Assembly (NCBI GenBank): GCA_051294375.1
Contig: CM119267.1
Coordinates: forward strand, 6,350,121 to 6,414,120
Origin: Paraspadella gotoi
Taxonomy: Eukaryota > Animalia > Chaetognatha
Reading direction: 5' to 3'
DNA length: 64,000 bases
The notes under the pieces were generated by a model. That model saw nothing but the letters and a program-made list of their open reading frames with translations, did not search any database and was not told the DNA's origin. This document shows positions 53,536-64,000 of this stretch, one piece after another; the first letter of the stretch is position 1; every line of letters starts with the position of its first letter. The translations under genes and the position numbers were made by a program.

Positions 53536-54062
53536 CTAGGGGGTGGGGCAGAGAGATGGGAGGTCAATGTTTAAGCTGAGGGGTCACGGTATAGGAAGAT
53601 GAAGCTGGGGGACAGTGAGATATGGGGTCAAAACTAAAACGAGACACATAAGGGTCCAAATTAATAAATTGTATCAGCAAACGAGTCTGGGAAGCTAAAA
53701 TTGGCAGTCGGAGTCTGACCATGATGGTTACCGGGAAAAAGTTATATGACTCAGCAGCTTTCCATTTAAAATGTGAACATTTTGGCAGCTCAAATGATTT
53801 GAACAAAGACGATGACGACGACGAAGACGACGACGAATACAACGACGAAGACGACGACGAAGTCTTTGTACTTTGTGACTCGTAGTATAGTAGTGGTCAA
53901 TAAGAATGACCCGTTCTTACCCGAAAATAAATGACCTTGTTATGGCTGACCTTTTTCAGCCAATGTAAATACTAGTTGTTATTTGTTGTTGTTGTCACCG
54001 CAACATGTAAACAAATAAACGTTAAAACCCCTTCACCAATTCAGTTTTTCTCAAATCCTGAC

Positions 54063-54210
54063 CTCTGAAGGAGCTCCTCTTGTGGAGCGGCGACGTCGAT
54101 GGCGGAGCGGGAGTCTTGAACAAGTTCGTCGACGTCATCCTCGCGGATTCCGACTCCAGCGACGCATGAAGCGACTCCAGCGATCGAAGACCTCGAGAGA
54201 GTTCGGAGAC
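54063..54210 (-). CDS. Probable internal coding exon (148 nt) of an unidentified gene: VSELSRGLRSLESLHASLESESARMTSTNLFKTPAPPSTSPLHKRSSFR
   Basis: Acceptor ccctgcag| at 54211 and donor AG|gtcagg at 54062. High-complexity GC-balanced island with an open frame. It ends in phase 1, which matches the next exon. Confidence 0.55.
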
Positions 54211-56251
54211 CTGCAGGGTTTACGAGTTCGAAGACCCAAAGTTCCAATCGACGACGGAACTTTGGGTTTTTTTTAAAGTTTTTGTCTTTCGATCTTTTGT
54301 TTGTTTATTTGTTTATTATTTTTTTTTCGTAGCCAACGAAGTGTGACGCGTGTGTCGAAAATTATTTCGTTTTTGTTTTGAATTAAAAATCGCGGTGTTT
54401 TTAAAAACGAGATAGCGAAATAAAAAGTAGTAGTAGTAGAGAAAATTCGAATGGAGAGAGAAAATATAAAAATATTAAATTGTTTAATTATATATCTTTT
54501 TTTTTTTCAAAAAGGTTGATGTTGTTTTGAGTAAAACTATTGTTTTTTGTTGTCGTTATTGTTTTGGATTTTTTTTCCCGATGTTTTTTTTTTCGGTGCG
54601 CGGGAAATGTATGAGCTGAAGAACGATTAGATTTTATTTACGAAGGAGCAAAACTAATTAAATAATTGTGTTTTTTTTCTCGTGTTTCCTGTGTTGTTGC
54701 CAGTTTTCGTGTTTTTTTTTGGGGGGGGGGGGGTTATTTCGGCTCCAGTCCGTAATTTGTGGCTTTCGCTAGTGGGTCGACGTAAGACCGACGTCCAATC
54801 CTTGGAAAGGAAAAACGAGGAATTTCAAACGAAATTAAACTTTGGGCAAGTTTAAAAGAAATTATACAGAATGTCGTTCGAATGGATTCGCTCTCGCCGA
54901 GCTTGAAACAAGTACAGATTCTACTCTGCGCCATTAAAAAATCCCGAGTGGCTTTTTTTTTTATTTCCTTCTCACTCAATCCGGTTTGAGAATTCGAGTA
55001 ACAAAGAAATAATTAAAACGAGGAACATGGAGAAGAGAAGCTTTCTTTTATTTTTTTCTGTCCTTCTTTTTTTTTGCAATTTTTTTCTTTTTTCTTTCTT
55101 TATTTCGTTACTTCTCTTTTAATTTCTTGATTTTGTTTTTTTTAGTGACTATTTTATCCACTTTTTACTTTACTTTATTTTACTTTACTTTACTTTTCTC
55201 TCTCTTTATTTCCTTTCATCTTTTTTCGTTTGATGTCCTTTACTTTCATTCATTTTCATTTCAATTTCATTTCATTTCTTCATTTCATTTTATTTCGTTT
55301 TTCCTTCTTTCCGTCTGTCCTTTCCTTTCCATTGTTTCCTTTCTTTCTTTTCCTTTCCTTTCCTTTTACTACTCTTTTACCGAGTCCCTTTTTTTAAATA
55401 ACCCTCTTTTTTTTACTCTCCAGTATATTTAATTCCTCGTCTCCACCCTCCTTGCCTCCCTCCCTCCCTCCCGCACAATTTTTTAGTCATTTCCTTAATC
55501 GTCCTTCATTTTTCCTTTTTTTTTCTTCTGCCTCCTCTTCGTTTTTTTTTTTTAATCTTCGATTTTTCTCTTCCGTCTCCTTCTCCTTTTAATTTTCTTT
55601 CCTCCTTTCCTTCTCTTTCTCTCCCGGGACTTTCCGCCTCCGCTTTCGATTTCAAACGCCGAAAGGTAAAAAAGAAACAACAAGGAAAGAAAAAAAGAAA
55701 AAAAGAAGGAAAATTTATGCAAAAAAAGAAGGAAAATGAAAAAAAAAGGAGATAAAAAAACGAGGAACATCGAGCAAACTTTAGAGAGAGAGAGAAAGAG
55801 AGAGAGAGAGAGGAGAGAGAGAGAGACAGAGAGCGAGAGAAGAGGAGAAAAGATAGAAAGAATAGGGAATAAAAATATAGGACAAAAAAAAGAAGAAAAA
55901 AAAAAGAGAAAAGTAAAGCCTTGAAAAAACGAGGAAAATGGGTTTTAATGACGACCTCGATATTTAGTGGCCTGCCGACGACGACGAACGACGACGGACG
56001 ACAGACGACGACGACGACGACGCACGAAGATAACGACGGTACGATGTTATTAGGTACATGAAGAAGGAAAAATGGAAACCGAGAATGAATGAGGTCGGGA
56101 TACGAAGATGAAACGATGGTGATTTAGTAATAAGGAGAGACAAAAGGAAGATTGTGAATTAGATATTATAATTTATTAAAGAAAAAGGAGTTTTTAGAAC
56201 GTTTGATTTTATGGTTTATATTGATTTGAAATAGGAAGAGAGAGAGAGAGA

Positions 56252-56300
<49 letters not shown>

Positions 56301-56449
56301 CGAGAGAGAGAGAGAGAGAGCAAGAGAGAAGAGAGAGAGGCGAGAGAGAGAGGATATAATAAAGGAGGAAAGAAAAGAATTAACACGCATTCGAGCGACT
56401 CATCCTTCCGTTTCTGTTGACGAGGAAAAAAAAATTAATGATCATCATG

Positions 56450-56482
<33 letters not shown>

Positions 56483-56934
56483 TTCGTCGTCGTTTCCGCC
56501 ACTCGGGATCGAAAAAGGAACTGGAGAATTACAAGAGATGAAATTCTCCGCTTCGGAGATTCTCCGTCATCCTCTCTCGATTACAAGACTTCATTTATTA
56601 ATGCGTGTTGCTTAGTTAAGTTTAAAAAAACTTTGATTGAGAAGTCTTGGGCGATTATGTCATTTAAGGTCCTTTGATTATGTATACATTATCTAACTAA
56701 CTCTAAACGTTATATAACCGACATGTCATAAAAAAACCAGGCATGTCATAAAACCGAACATGTCATAAAAAACCGATCAGTTTTTTTTCTACTGAATACG
56801 AATTGAATTTTCTTTTCATTTTTCTGTTTTATTTCTTACTTTTTTTTTTCAAAAAAGAAAAAAAAATCAATTAATTTTTTTTTTCATCTCTTCGGTTTTT
56901 CTCGTTTTGCAATGACGATCTCTTCTCTGGCTCA

Positions 56935-57168
56935 TTTTCTGAGTGTTTCTTTCCTTTCTTCCTTCCTTTTCTTTCTCTCTTCCTTCCTTCTCTTCCTTCC
57001 TTTATTTCCTTATTTTCTGAGTGTCTATTTCCTTTCTTCCTTCCTTTTCTTTCTCTCTTCCTTCCTTATCTTCTTTCCTTTATTTCCTTATTTTCTTAGT
57101 GTTTCTTTCCTTTCTTCCTTCCTTTTCTTTCTCTCTTCCTTCCTTTATTTACTTATTTTCTGAGTGTC
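56935..57168. repeat. ~78-bp pyrimidine-rich tandem repeat x ~3
   Basis: The anchor TTTTCT(G/T)AGTGT recurs at 56935, 57013, 57091 and 57156. Confidence 0.8.
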
Positions 57169-57769
57169 TCTTCCCTTTTCTTTCCTTGCTTCCTTTTCTT
57201 ATCTCCATTTCTACCTTAATTTATTTCCTATCTTCTTTTCTTTTCCTTTCCCTTTTTCTCTTCCTCTCGAATTTCACTTCTTTCTATTTCCTCCTTTCTT
57301 TCCTACAACATCCTAACATTAATTTCCTTCTAGTTCCCTCTCCTCTTTCCCCCTTGAAAATAATCAATCACTCACATCCTTCTCTTTTTCCAACTTAATT
57401 CTTCCCTCATTCTCTCTACTTTCCTTTCATCTGTTTTTCCTCATTCCTTATAATTATATCATAATTCCTTTCTATCATCTCTTCCTTTCCTTCTCCCATA
57501 AACTGTCTCATCTCCTCTCCTTTCTCTTCTCCTTTTTCCTCTCCTTCCTCCCTTTCCTCCTCTCCTTCCTTCTCTCCGGCCTTGTCCACTCCTTTTCCTC
57601 CTTTTCCTCCCCCTCTTCCTCCTCCCCCTCCTTCTCGTCCGCAAGGAGCAAGAAAAATAAAAAGAAAGAAGAAAGAAAGAAAAAAAGGGAAAAGTCATTC
57701 TCTTTCCTCAATTAAATCCATCCATGGGCATCATCACCATAAAAACCGACGTTTTCATTTCATCGATCT

Positions 57770-58472
57770 CTCGACGACGACGTACGACGAACGACGATGT
57801 GGACGACGGAACGACGACGAACCGATGACGACGACGACGACGTGAGACGACGAACGACGACGTACGACGATGACGACGACGGACGAACGACGGACGACGA
57901 TGACGAACGATGACAAAAAAAGGACGATTCAGACGAAGACGAACGACGAACGACGATAAAAACGAACGATTGAAAACGAAACGTGACGAACGTTAGACAC
58001 GACGAACGATGCAAAAGACGACGACGAACGACGAACAACGAGAACGATGACAAAAAAGGACGATGACGACGATAAACAACGATGATGGAAAACACGATAA
58101 CGAACGACTACGAACGATGACGAACGAACGCGGACGAACGATGAACAAAAAAGGAAGATGAACGAGATAAACAACGATGATGACAAACACGATACGAAAC
58201 GACTCCGAAACCGATGACGAACGAACGACGACGAACGATGACAAATAAAGGAAGATAGAACGAATAAACACGACTGATGACAAAACAACGATAACGACGA
58301 CTAACATGACAACAAGAGAACGCTATAAAAAGAGGAGACGACAACATGGCGAACGACGATCGAACGCATGACACGACGAGATACAAAAGGAAGATGACAC
58401 GATAAACAGAACGATGATGACAACAAACGATAACGAACGACTACGAACGATGGACGAAACGACGACGAACGT
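57770..58472. repeat. Degenerate ACG/AACG/ATG satellite-like tract
   Basis: About 700 bp built from GAC, GAAC and GAT units, with longer internal repeats (CGATAACGAACGACTACGAACGATG twice; GATGACAAAAAAGGACGAT-like several times). Confidence 0.85.
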
Positions 58473-58574
58473 AAAAGTAGAGGACCCGAAAGGGATAATG
58501 AATTCAAGAGGAAAAGACAGAAGAAGAAAGAAAAAAAGAAACGAATAGAAAAAAAAAAAAGCTTAATTGATATT

Positions 58575-58775
58575 GTGGACGCGAAATTTCAGCGGAGCGT
58601 CGCCGGACCCGTTAGCGAACCGGAGGCGGCGGGAGGCGGCGGAGGCGGCGAGGGCGGCGGAAGCGGCGGAGGCGGCGGAGGCGGCGGAGGCGTGCGGAGC
58701 GGCGCCCCCCTGAGCAGTCAACCGGCGTCGGCCAATCGTCACCCGGCTACGTCAACGGCGCGGGGCGTTGTCGTC
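58575..58775. promoter_or_regulatory. GC-rich (GGC/GGA) island with a CCAAT box and a CRE-like site
   Basis: GGAGGCGGC repeats, CGGCCAATCG with CCAAT at 58732-58736, and TACGTCA at 58748-58754. A Gly- or Pro-rich exon cannot be excluded. Confidence 0.35.
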
Positions 58776-58869
58776 GTCATTCGTTTTTTTTTAAACGGAA
58801 AAAAACGTTAGGTTTTTTTTTTTTTTTTCTGAAGACGGAAGATTAAAACTTGTCCTTTTTCTATTTTTC

Positions 58870-58960
<91 letters not shown>

Positions 58961-59584
58961 TAAGAGAAAAGGGAAATTGTCGGTGAAAATAGTAATAATT
59001 ATAAGAGTAGCAAAAGTTAAAAGCGAAGGCAGCGGAAAAAAAAACAAGAAAAAAAAAGCGAAGCGAATCGGGAAAAAACGTAAAAAGTTTCGAGAAGAAA
59101 GTCAATTACCGATTTGGGACGAAGTGAAAATGTGAATTGTGAAGTGTGATGTCTGAAGTATAAAGTGTGAAGTGTGATGTGCGAAGTGTAAAGTGTGAAC
59201 GGGTATGAACGGGATGAGATCATCCGTTGCAATACAATTTGATACAATACAAAATAAAAGTTGCCATATATTATAGTATAATAGTTTTTAAACGTACTAT
59301 TAATAAACAACTTTCGACGTCGACGACGACGATTATTACGACGGCGATTAGACGACGACGCCGACGACGACGCCGACAACGGACAAAGACGAAAGACCGG
59401 AAATCGCGCCGCGGCGTCGTCAAGGTAAACAAGGGTAATTAACTCCTTGACTACCGCGACGACTAACGAGAGGCATAACGACGACGACGACGACGACGAC
59501 GACGAAAACAAGGATAATGAGTTTGTTTCAAAAATCACGGGAGGAGCGGACGAAGCGGAAAAATGCCGAAGGACTTCTTTGGGC

Positions 59585-59586
<2 letters not shown>

Positions 59587-59666
<80 letters not shown>
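59587..59666. repeat. (GA)n microsatellite, representative of dozens of GA/CT tracts in the window
   Basis: Uninterrupted dinucleotide run of ~80 bp. Confidence 0.97.
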
Positions 59667-59669
<3 letters not shown>

Positions 59670-60110
59670 TGACGGTCATTTTCGTAGCAGAAAACGGAGT
59701 GCGAAAAAAATAGGAACAAAAGAGAGGAAAAGAAGTGCAATTTACAACTTAAGACGAAGTAACTTTTTAACGAAATTACGAAAAAAAGCAGAATACTAAG
59801 GAGAGTATTAATTAAGTTATATGGAGAGGGAAAATATACTTTCAGGTATGCATCTTAAATATCATTTTGTACATAAATTACGGCGTAAAACTTATGAAGT
59901 CCACTAATCCAAATCTCAAAGGTCTTCTTTGATTACAAATACGTGATATTTTTTAAATAAACAATTGAACAAAGGAAGTTATATAAAACAATTAGTTTAA
60001 TCGCACCCAATCCGCACGTAGTTTACACGCGCGCAGGGACGCGGAAAGGCGTTCGGTCGCGCGTTCTACGGCGACGAAGATTCCCTTGAAACTCGGAAGA
60101 GGAAGCGATA

Positions 60111-60147
<37 letters not shown>

Positions 60148-60198
60148 AGGCGGAAGTTTTGAAAAGGAAGTCACGTGATCGTGGACGCGGAAGTGAAA

Positions 60199-60239
<41 letters not shown>

Positions 60240-60310
60240 GAAGGCGAGGACGGAGGGGGACCCTTTGCGTCGCGGACAACGACGACGACGACGACGACAA
60301 TGGCGGCGAA
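60148..60310 (+). promoter_or_regulatory. Candidate housekeeping-type promoter / first-exon region
   Basis: ETS motifs CGGAAGT (60151), AGGAAGT (60165) and CGGAAGTG (60188). E-box GTCACGTGAT (60170-60179). YY1-like CAATGGCGGCG overlaps an ATG at 60300 (MAANKSQENEEENEN...). Confidence 0.5.
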
Positions 60311-63300
60311 CAAAAGCCAGGAAAACGAGGAAGAAAATGAAAATTGGTCGGCCTTGAGAAAAGAAAAGGAGGAAGCGAGAAGGAAAAGGTGGAGAAAGAG
60401 AGGGAAAAAAAGAGGAAGGGAGAAGAAAAGAGGTGAGGGAGGAAAGAGAGAAAAGAAGGGGAGAAAAAGGGGAGATACTAAATTAGAATATATATGTGTT
60501 AGGAAAAGGGAAGAAGGTAGTAATAAAAGGAAAAAAGGGAAAAAATTGGAATGAAAAATGATGGATAGAAAAGCAAAAGTGGAATCGTGTGAAAAAATGT
60601 TAGAGTCGAAGTGAAGTATGAAGGAAAAAATTAGGGATGAAAATGGCGAAGAAATTATTAGAAGTGATTGAGATGAGATGGAAAGAGAGTGGGTAAGAGA
60701 AAGATAATTTAAAACAAAATGGGGAAAAAAAAGGAAAAAAGAATAAAAGAAGGAAAGGGTGAAAAAGAAAGGAAGAATGAATGAAGGAAAAAATAAAAGA
60801 AAGAATTTGATTTTAAAAGGGAAAAAAGTCGAACGAAGAAAAAGGAAAAAAAAGGAAAGAAAATAAAAGGAGGAAAGAAAATAAAAGGAGGAAGTTTAGT
60901 CGACGAAATAAAAGAAAAGAAAAAAGAAGGAAGCGAAGGAAAGACTAGAAAGAAGGAAAAGAAGAGACATNNNNNNNNNNNNNNNNNNNNNNNNNNNNNN
61001 NNNNNNNNNNNNNNNNNNNNNNNNNNNNNNNNNNNNNNNNNNNNNNNNNNNNNNNNNNNNNNNNNNNNNNNNNNNNNNNNNNNNGAGAGAGAGAGAGAGA
61101 GAGAGAGAGAGAACCAAGGATCGTGTTTTCAAATGCAAAACATGCGCAAAGATGCATCGAAAGTGGCGAAAGAGAAAAAAAAGGAGAGAAAAGGATTTTC
61201 CGATAAAAGAGGCGGAACGAAAAAAAGGGAAAAAAAGGAGATAAAATATCGAAGTAGTACTTTGCTTTTTTTTCTTCNNNNNNNNNNNNNNNNNNNNNNN
61301 NNNNNNNNNNNNNNNNNNNNNNNNNNNNNNNNNNNNNNNNNNNNNNNNNNNNNNNNNNNNNNNNNNNNNNNNNNNNNNNNNNNNNNNNNNNNNNNNNNNN
61401 NNNNNNNNNNNNNNNNNNNNNNNNNNNNNNNNNNNNNNNNNNNNNNNNNNNNNNNNNNNNNNNNNNNNNNNNNNNNNNNNNNNNNNNNNNNNNNNNNNNN
61501 NNNNNNNNNNNNNNNNNNNNNNNNNNNNNNNNNNNNNNNNNNNNNNNNNNNNNNNNNNNNNNNNNNNNNNNNNNNNNNNNNNNNNNNNNNNNNNNNNNNN
61601 NNNNNNNNNNNNNNNNNNNNNNNNNNNNNNNNNNNNNNNNNNNNNNNNNNNNNNNNNNNNNNNNNNNNNNNNNNNNNNNNNNNNNNNNNNNNNNNNNNNN
61701 NNNNNNNNNNNNNNNNNNNNNNNNNNNNNNNNNNNNNNNNNNNNNNNNNNNNNTGTGGCACGCCGAGGAAACTGAAAATACATAATAACATCCAGTCGTA
61801 TTATTTTTTGATGTATGATATTTTGTTAAAAAACCAGAGAAATCACCCTAAAAGTTAGGCAATTTACACCCGTAAAAAAATTCTCTACCGAAACGAACGT
61901 GTGGGGAAAAAAAAACTCGGAGTAACGTTGACTACGAATGACGTCAATGATGGAAGACGCAAAAACCGCACTGTTGTAACCGCCAACCACGACGACGACG
62001 ACGACGACGACGACGTCATCGGTTACAACTCAAAACGATGACGACGACGACGACGAGGATTCGTAAGTTGGACTCCTTCCTCTTTTTGCGTTGACCGAAG
62101 GTTATTTGCCTCCGAGACACGAAATCGGAGGAGAATCGGGGCCAAGGTTTTGCCGCGTCACGACCCTTGTACCCTGGGCAGAGGAGCGGCTTGTGGGGGG
62201 AGGGTTGGTGGAGCGGTGGGGAATTAGGGCAGGGAAGCAGTTAGGGAGGAAGTGGAGCGGTGGGGTCGAGTGGAGTGAGAGGGCAATGGAGCAGGAGATT
62301 GGGAGTGAAGAAGACTCGTCTGGTCGGAGTCATTTTAGCTGAATGGGGTTTTTAGTAGCTAGTACTGGGAAAAATGACTGAAAGGTGGAGTAAGCCGTAC
62401 TGGAGATCAGGCCGAGTCTTGTAGAGCTGTGAGTCAACCTCGAACCGCTGAACGACGAATGTACAGTTGTATCTTATGCTGAGAAGAGCGTTCTTTGTTG
62501 GAACAACTGCACAATTTGTTGTAATCATCGAACTCAAATCGAATTGAAATTTTTAAACGAATCTAACTGTACCAAGCCTAAGGAAAGCGAAGAAGTGGAT
62601 AAATCTCATGTGTAAATACATTATTTAATTAAATAACCTTTCTAAAAGGTAAAAAAAAAAAATAAAACGAAAAAAGTTTTAAAAGCCTTAAAATTGTATT
62701 ATGTGTATACAGTGTAAAGCAAAACAAAAAAACAAACAAAAACGTTATAAGTTATAATACCCCAAACAGTGTAAAACATATACCCAAAAATGTATAAATA
62801 TAATGTGTTACAGTTTTACAATATTTCAGTATTGCTAATAAATCGATAACAAAGCAAGTTTACTCTTACATTTAATTATCTCTTAATATTAATTTTATCG
62901 GACAATTTTTTATCAATAATGCAAAGAAGAAATAGGGAGGGGGAAGAGAAAGAATGAGCTTTACTATCAGAAAGAAACAGAAAATTGAGATGGAAAAAAA
63001 AAATTGGGATCAGATCACGTGACCACGGGGAATACTTTCCGCACGAGGGCGAAGCGTCTGAGGTCGAAGGCGAATCGGCCCCTCGGCCATCTCGTGGACA
63101 AATGGGGAAAATTATTGGGAAACAAATGAACGTCGATCGGAAGATTTTTCCATTTGTTCTATCATTTTTTTTAAAGTGAGGAAAGAATATGAAATTGTTA
63201 AAAGGAAATATTCCTAACTGGTAGGGTTTTCTACTCCGAATTATCTATAATGATTAGCGCAAAAATTGAATTATTTTAAGCTAAAGCAATCGTGCGTATT

Positions 63301-64000
63301 TTTAGTGCCCGCGTTACGTATTGTTAGCCGGGCACGATACACAATCGATAGGCGATTGTATTTAAAAAAAAAACAACAAAAATAGACAAAGAAAATGATA
63401 GAATTAGCGATTTAGTCAGTTTCCGCTCGATAGAAAAAGAAAATCGCTCCCGGTTTAGTTCCGCCCTTTCTCCATTTTCACAATCACTCCGGCGCCATTA
63501 ACCCGGCACCACGAAACCACGCAACATGGACGCCACGTACACAACGCCATCGCCTTCCTCCGTTTCTTTTTCTTTTCCCCCAGCGCCCGCCAGGGTCTCT
63601 AGTATCGGCGTCGCTTTCCTCTCTGGCGGCTTTTGTTGTTTTGTTCCTCGCAGGAGTTTTTTTTTCTTTCTTCTTCTTCTCTCTCTCTCGTAATTCCTTT
63701 CCGCTAAATTTCCCCGCTATGCGTCGCTCCAGTCCCGTTTGTTTTGGTCGTTGCTAGGAAAAATGCCGTTGTTGCTAAGGGGGGGGGGGAATATCGCGTC
63801 GTTTTGTTTTTTTTTTGGGATCGTTGCTAAGAGGAATGCCGTTGTTGGTGAGGGGGCGGATAAATGGGACAGTTTGAACGTTACAGGCTGAGAAAGAATC
63901 GTTTGTTTGTTAGGATTAATTCGATAAACAAGCAATAAGGTTCCTAACTTCGGACAGGCTATGGTCGGTGAAGATCTCCGTCGCCCTAACTAGTCGTTAA

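Noticed and set aside
54734-54979. 81-aa minus-strand ORF as an upstream exon of the 53-54 kb gene
   Set aside because: There is a plausible acceptor near 54801, but I found no donor giving a phase-0 join to 54210.
62985-63179. Complex island with ATCACGTGAC as an exon
   Set aside because: Open frames exist on both strands, but the splice signals are poor and the peptides are unrecognisable. Strand and frame cannot be chosen.

Overview
Eukaryotic (animal-like) genomic DNA that is very rich in microsatellites ((GA/CT)n, (GAC/GTC)n, purine and pyrimidine tracts). It comes from a gappy draft assembly that appears to have been patched with error-prone long reads. Nearly all ORFs in the supplied track are translations of low-complexity DNA. 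Much of the window is the same loci repeated: 2816-5883/5909-8610, 10888-18698/20479-28284 (offset 9591), an inverted copy at 28310-34262, 18699-19511/19721-20478 and 38190-41960/45890-50060. Several of these copies abut gaps of exactly 25 N, so they are most likely assembly redundancy or alternative haplotypes. The clearest biology is a ~2.24-kb 5'-truncated Penelope-like retroelement (15696-17935, duplicated at 25287-27526). It carries a frameshifted GIY-YIG endonuclease remnant between ~660-bp inverted pseudo-LTR arms, a minimal type I hammerhead ribozyme in each arm, and a 12-bp target-site duplication. The empty allele of the same site is in the window at ~29022-29034. Also present are a ~190-bp Tc1/mariner-type MITE (8751-8941), two phase-compatible minus-strand exons of an unidentified gene (54210-54063, 53535-53425), a housekeeping-type promoter motif cluster near 60150-60310, and several minisatellites. 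I see no prokaryotic-type system, rRNA, tRNA or CRISPR array. All alignments were done by eye.
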